Shown piece by piece: positions 59,655 to 64,000 of a stretch of 64,000 bases of DNA. The position numbers and the translations under genes are program-made. The notes under the pieces were generated by a model. It made no database searches and was not told where the DNA came from. It saw nothing but the letters and a program-made list of their open reading frames with translations. Numbering within the stretch: position 1 is the stretch's first letter; every line of letters begins with the position of its first letter. The stretch spans positions 26,188 to 90,187 of the forward strand of contig JBAZIZ010000005.1 in NCBI GenBank assembly GCA_041651535.1. Direction: 5' to 3'. The DNA comes from Patescibacteria group bacterium. GTDB lineage: Bacteria > Patescibacteriota > Patescibacteriia > Magasanikbacterales > UBA922.

Positions 59655-60824
59655 ATGCCTCAGATAACAAAAAAACAACTAAGAGAAAAAGTGGTTACTG
59701 TTTTAAAAAAACAGGGATATAAAGTTGGCGACCACGGTTTTTCGTTAAAAGATAATACGAGAGAAACAAAAAGAGATGTTCATTCTTTAGCCAAGAAAGA
59801 AAGAATAATTAAAAGCGAAAAGTTTATTTTGAATAATATTGATTTTATAAGCGCTAATATGGTTAGTGGCGCTGATTTAGACATAGAAAAAATAGAGCCA
59901 AAAATTATTGAAGTTAAAGAAGGTTCAAAATACGAAAAATTATTTCGATGGTGGAATTTGGTTTGGTGGAGCTTGCCCTATGAACACGCCTATGGTCGAC
60001 AGATGAGATTTGTTGTTTGGGACAAATATCATAAAGCGCCAATAGGGTTGATTGGTTTGCAGAGTCCGATTTTAAGTTGGAGCGTAAGAGATGAACATCT
60101 TGGTATAAATAAACAAGATAGGGATTATTGGGTCAATCAGTCTATGAGTGCACAAAGATTGGGAGCTTTACCACCTTATAACTATATTCTCGGCGGTAAA
60201 TTAGTGGCATCGTTAATGACAACGGATATCATTAGAAAGAAATTTGAGAAAAAGTATTCTGGCAAGAAAACTATTTTAAAAAATAGAAAATTACCATCAA
60301 AATTGCTTTTTATAACAACCACAGGAGCATATGGTAAAAGCAGTGTTTATAATAGATTAAAATATAATGGTGATGTTATTTCTAAATTTATTGGTTACAC
60401 TAAAGGTAGTGGCTCCTTTCATATCCCAAATACATTATTTGAAGACTTTATTAAATATTTGAAAAAAAGAAATTACGATGTTAAAAGAGGTTATGGTAGT
60501 GGCCCTTCAAGAAAAATGAGACTTATAAATCAAGCTATGGATTGTTTAGGAATATCAAATGGATCTAATCATGGAATACAGAGAGCTGTTTATTTGTTTC
60601 CGATGGCTAAAAATTTAGAAGATGTGATTCAAAAAGGTAAAAAACCAGCTTGGGTAAACAGGTCAATTAATGAAATAACTGAATACTGGAAAGAACGATG
60701 GATAATGCCAAGAATATCACAAAGAGAAAATTATAAAGATTTTTCCGCTAAACGTTTCATCGATGAAACTCGATTAGAAGTAGAATCTTTCTGTAAAAAT
60801 AAGGGGAAAATAAAGAAAAAATAA
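59655..60824 (+). CDS. Unknown protein, first gene of a coupled operon with NurA-like and HerA-like genes
   Basis: 389 aa. Basic N-terminus, Trp-rich core (FRWWNLVWWSLPYEHAYGRQMRFVVWDKYH). No motif I can assign. Stop is 2 nt before the next ATG. Confidence 0.5.
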   Translation: MPQITKKQLREKVVTVLKKQGYKVGDHGFSLKDNTRETKRDVHSLAKKERIIKSEKFILNNIDFISANMVSGADLDIEKIEPKIIEVKEGSKYEKLFRWWNLVWWSLPYEHAYGRQMRFVVWDKYHKAPIGLIGLQSPILSWSVRDEHLGINKQDRDYWVNQSMSAQRLGALPPYNYILGGKLVASLMTTDIIRKKFEKKYSGKKTILKNRKLPSKLLFITTTGAYGKSSVYNRLKYNGDVISKFIGYTKGSGSFHIPNTLFEDFIKYLKKRNYDVKRGYGSGPSRKMRLINQAMDCLGISNGSNHGIQRAVYLFPMAKNLEDVIQKGKKPAWVNRSINEITEYWKERWIMPRISQRENYKDFSAKRFIDETRLEVESFCKNKGKIKKK

Positions 60825-60825
60825 T

Positions 60826-62034
60826 ATGGACGTTAATAGCCAAGACAAAAAAAATTATGCCTATCTGCCAGATGATTTATTAGTTCAAATACTGGACAAA
60901 GTCCCAGACACTGTTGGAAAGATGAATAGAATGTTTGATACTCAGGATGAGCCAATAAAAGAAGGGATAGAAGATCTAAGACGCAAAAATTTAATTAATA
61001 AATTAACGAGCTTGGATTATTGTTATTCTCTTATTGCTGTAGATGGTAGTAATATTGTAGAAAAAATGACTGGTACTGATATATTGTTGGCTATGGGTGT
61101 TGGCGTTGAAGGATTATCAGAAGACAAAAACACTGAATGGGGAGAAAAAAATAATCAGTATTATAGTTGGCAAACAGTTCTTCCTCACGGAGAGGCAAAT
61201 GCTAGATTAATTCAGGGAATTATGTTTTTGATGGAATCAAGCGTATTGGCTCAATCTAATCATGAAATAAGAATAATGGATGGCAGTCATTTAAATCCAA
61301 TTATCAAAATAAATAGCATGCTTAGTGCCAGTGATGAAAACGCCGGCAAAGAGTATTGTGAAGCTTTAAAGGAATTTTTAAAAGAAAAATATAATAAGAT
61401 TATACCAGACATACCAGACATAGTATCTTCTGCCTTAAATAACGATCATATTATTGCAATGGTAAAATATAGCTCCTCTAGAGATATGCTAGATAGTCAT
61501 CTAAAAGAACACAAGGATATTAGATTGGATGATAAAACATTCTTTTCTTTGGGGCTTAACGAAGATGAATATACTACGCCATTACCTGTTGGGCAAAGTA
61601 AGGATGAGCGGCAGACATGGGGAGATCTTCATATGAGCTGTAACCTTGTTGCAATTGAGGAAAAAGATGCTTTGAATAAAGCGTTGAAGCAGTCATTAGA
61701 CCCTATAAAAACCAGAGACTCCAAGGGTCAAGAGAAAGAGTCTATCATTTATTTCACTTATTATAAACCATATCAAGATGGACCAGCTTACAGAATTGAA
61801 ATAAAAAAAACATTAGCACAAGATAAAGCCAGGCTAGAAAAATATTTACTTAGTATTAAAAAACAAATAATATTTCCAGAAATTAGAGAACCATATCCGC
61901 AATACTTAGTTGATTTAATGGCTAAAAGTATTGCAATGGGATTATTTTCAATACAAGAAGCAATTAGACTATCGCCTGATTTGAAGATAGATAGAGGTAA
62001 ATTTAATTTATTATTTAATTATAGAACTAAATAA
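60826..62034 (+). CDS. NurA-like nuclease-domain protein
   Basis: LDYCYSLIAVDGSNIV places a DGS Asp motif near aa 70, as in the NurA 5'-3' nuclease family. 402 aa. Directly precedes a HerA-like ATPase. Confidence 0.45.
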   Translation: MDVNSQDKKNYAYLPDDLLVQILDKVPDTVGKMNRMFDTQDEPIKEGIEDLRRKNLINKLTSLDYCYSLIAVDGSNIVEKMTGTDILLAMGVGVEGLSEDKNTEWGEKNNQYYSWQTVLPHGEANARLIQGIMFLMESSVLAQSNHEIRIMDGSHLNPIIKINSMLSASDENAGKEYCEALKEFLKEKYNKIIPDIPDIVSSALNNDHIIAMVKYSSSRDMLDSHLKEHKDIRLDDKTFFSLGLNEDEYTTPLPVGQSKDERQTWGDLHMSCNLVAIEEKDALNKALKQSLDPIKTRDSKGQEKESIIYFTYYKPYQDGPAYRIEIKKTLAQDKARLEKYLLSIKKQIIFPEIREPYPQYLVDLMAKSIAMGLFSIQEAIRLSPDLKIDRGKFNLLFNYRTK

Positions 62035-62042
62035 ATAAAAAT

Positions 62043-63878
62043 ATGTCAGAAACAACTAATTCAAAAACTGTCCTTGATGTAATTAATGGCAAGAACGAGC
62101 CAATTGGTATTACTAGTTCTCCTAGTAATACTTTGGATATAGTAATTGATATAACAGAAGCAAAGAAGGCGGAAAGAGCTCTGGGCCAAATGGTTTATGT
62201 TGCTTTGAAAGAAGATGGTAAGGACATTGTTGTTATCGGACAAATTATTTCTATCGAAACTCAAAATAGGTGGCATGAAGATCCGTCTTTTAAGGGCGTT
62301 ATAAAAAGACATGGAAAATTGCCACATTTAAGTGGAACTGCTGATAATAGAATTGCTACTATTAGCGTACAAGCGTGCTATCTGTTAGATAAGAATGATC
62401 CCGAGGGATATATACTCGGTACATCACCTTCTACTGGGGAGAGTGTGCAGAAAATGGATAATGATGTAATGACTGCATTAATGAAAAATCATGAAAAGCA
62501 TATAACCTATATGGGTAAAGTTTATGGGACTGACGTTGATTTACCGTTTTGGTTTAAGCATTTTGATAAAACTAATGGTGATGAATTGGGTGCCGGTGAT
62601 GCGTACCATATAGGCGTGTTTGGTAAAACTGGTTCAGGAAAAACCGTGACGTCAGCTTTTATGCTTCTTGGTTATTTGAAAAATAAAAGCAACTTAAGTA
62701 TTTTAGTTTTAGATCCTCAAAAGCAATTTTATTTAGATGCAGATTGTTTACCCGATAAAGCTAAAATTGAAGACAAAGTTAAAGCCTCGGGCTTTAGTTA
62801 TGAGAGATACAGTATATTAGATGATGTTTGTTTGCCTGGTAATTTATATGAACTTTTTGTCGAGTTATTAGTTAGTAACGGTTTTATAAAGAAAGCTTTT
62901 TATCCGATATATACTGATGAAAAAATTGAAGCTGCAAAGTTGGCAATTTTAGATTATTTAATTGGAAGGAGTAATCATCCAGCATTTTCTTTAAATAATA
63001 TTATTAATGGATCAGGAACTAAGATTGGTCGTCAAGATTTATTAAAAGATATGCTAACTAATTTTTCTTCAGTTGATGAGATTGATGAGACGAAGGGTAG
63101 TAAAACTGTTAAAAAAATAAAATATTCAACTTTTGTAACAAATATTTATGGCACTCCGACAACACAGGAGAGGCTTGTTAATAGAATTAATACAGCCTTA
63201 GGTAGATTTGATAAAGAAACTGATATGATTGAAAGATGGGAGTCTGCCTTGGAAATTTTTTCGACTAAGAAAAAAGACGGAAGTAGTAATAAAGTACAGG
63301 TTGACGATATAGTTGATAAAACTGTAAATAAAAACGGCAATTTTATTGTTCTAGATTTGAGTCCAAAGGATGGTGGGATTGAAAATGAGAATTTACAGGC
63401 TTTATTTGTAAAAATCATTGAATCTTCAATAGTTGAAGCTGGTGCAAAATTATATGCTCAAGGGAAGAAAGCTAATTGTTTGATAGTTATGGATGAGGCT
63501 CACAGATTTATTTCAAAGGAATCTCCTGATTCAAGAATTAAAGAATTGACCAATGAGATTATTGGCTCTGTCAGAACAACCAGAAAATATGGAATTGGTT
63601 ATATGTTTATTACTCAAACTATAGAATCTTTGGATGAAGAAATATTAAGACAAATGAGAATATTTGGTTTTGGTTATGGCTTAACAGCGGGAAGTGAGTT
63701 AAGAAAAATAAGCGAGATAGTTAATAACCCATCAGCTATCCAGTTGTATAAGTCATTTATTGATCCAAGTAGCAATAATAAATTTCCTTTTATGTTTTTT
63801 GGACCGATCTCTCCATTATCATTTACCGGGTCGCCGTTGTTTATGGAAGTTTATAAAGAAATTGCAAAATTTAAATAA
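62043..63878 (+). CDS. HerA/FtsK-superfamily ATPase (DUF87/HerA-like, with N-terminal HAS-barrel-like region)
   Basis: Walker A GVFGKTGSGKT and Walker B CLIVMDEAHRF (hhhhDEAH) at HerA-like spacing. 611 aa. Confidence 0.7.
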   Translation: MSETTNSKTVLDVINGKNEPIGITSSPSNTLDIVIDITEAKKAERALGQMVYVALKEDGKDIVVIGQIISIETQNRWHEDPSFKGVIKRHGKLPHLSGTADNRIATISVQACYLLDKNDPEGYILGTSPSTGESVQKMDNDVMTALMKNHEKHITYMGKVYGTDVDLPFWFKHFDKTNGDELGAGDAYHIGVFGKTGSGKTVTSAFMLLGYLKNKSNLSILVLDPQKQFYLDADCLPDKAKIEDKVKASGFSYERYSILDDVCLPGNLYELFVELLVSNGFIKKAFYPIYTDEKIEAAKLAILDYLIGRSNHPAFSLNNIINGSGTKIGRQDLLKDMLTNFSSVDEIDETKGSKTVKKIKYSTFVTNIYGTPTTQERLVNRINTALGRFDKETDMIERWESALEIFSTKKKDGSSNKVQVDDIVDKTVNKNGNFIVLDLSPKDGGIENENLQALFVKIIESSIVEAGAKLYAQGKKANCLIVMDEAHRFISKESPDSRIKELTNEIIGSVRTTRKYGIGYMFITQTIESLDEEILRQMRIFGFGYGLTAGSELRKISEIVNNPSAIQLYKSFIDPSSNNKFPFMFFGPISPLSFTGSPLFMEVYKEIAKFK

Positions 63879-63885
63879 CTATTTA

Positions 63886-64000
63886 TGGGGACTGAAATGG
63901 GCGTTAAAGAATATCAACAATATTGTAAAGACAAACTTTTGAGTTTATATGATTCAGTTGATGTTGAATGGAATCCATTTAAAAAATTTAATGTAGGCAA
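63886..64000 (+). CDS. Hypothetical protein, 5' fragment (continues beyond window); likely fourth gene of the same operon
   Basis: ATG 8 nt after the HerA-like stop. MGTEMGVKEYQQYCKDKLLSLYDSVDVEWNPFKKFNVGK... Confidence 0.3.

Larger units (their letters stand above)
49635..64000. mobile_element. Putative integrated phage-like/defence island next to tRNA-Ser(CGA); continues past the window end
   Basis: GC content shifts upward from about 49.6 kb, strongest at 54.4-59 kb. Cargo: type IIG RM with C-protein, large serine recombinase, TerS/TerL, ParB-MTase, Xis-like HTH, NurA/HerA-like operon. tRNA-adjacent. Confidence 0.6.

Noticed and set aside
1-64000. Alternative genetic code (UGA recoding, as in some candidate-phyla lineages).
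   Set aside because: Long housekeeping ORFs (dnaK, lepA, tkt, pyk, recJ, Clp ATPase) are full length with the standard stop set. There are no truncated families that would be rescued by UGA read-through.

Overview
This is a very AT-rich, gene-dense window with many small proteins and few Shine-Dalgarno sequences. Long ORFs stay intact under the standard code, so a UGA-recoded genome is unlikely. The gene content (minimal housekeeping set, many membrane hypotheticals, PilT, a single PBP) suggests a reduced-genome bacterium, possibly CPR/Patescibacteria-like; this is inference only. Bases 1 to about 49.6 kb look like core chromosome. The supported genes there are: an FtsZ tail; a membrane-anchored Clp ATPase with a degenerate D1 domain; an MraY/WecA-family transferase; rplU; a CapA-like protein; an ECF sigma factor with a putative anti-sigma partner; a 1239-aa Thr/Asp/Gly-rich secreted surface protein with atypical codon usage and a structured leader; pyk; dus; rny; tkt; a heat-shock cluster (hrcA with a CIRCE-like operator, grpE, hsp20, dnaK, dnaJ); rnhA; recJ; lepA; corA; a beta-CASP RNase; tRNA-Met and tRNA-Glu; pilT; a PBP transpeptidase; a tandem double-LOG protein; a 2H phosphoesterase; tRNA-Ser(GGA); and a P-type ATPase. 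From tRNA-Ser(CGA) at about 49.55 kb to the window end the sequence becomes clearly more GC-rich and carries mobile-element genes. These are: a bacterial-PH protein; an XRE C-protein-like HTH plus an MmeI-like type IIG restriction-modification enzyme; a membrane protein; a large serine recombinase; TerL and TerS; a ParB-DNA methyltransferase fusion; and an excisionase-like HTH. These are followed by a tightly coupled operon of an unknown 389-aa protein, a NurA-like nuclease and a HerA-like ATPase, continuing past the window. I think this HerA/NurA module on a phage-like integrative element is the best candidate for an undescribed defence or DNA-processing system. Other non-coding signals worth a second look are: a MITE-like repeat family (TTTTGTCAT...ATCCCTTA...TAAGGGAT...ATGACAAAAG) at three loci; duplicated tRNA-end direct repeats with GC-rich inserts at both tRNA-Ser genes; a conserved cis-regulatory leader present twice; GGAGG-rich palindromic elements; and a dispersed 3'-end repeat motif. 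No rRNA or CRISPR array was seen.
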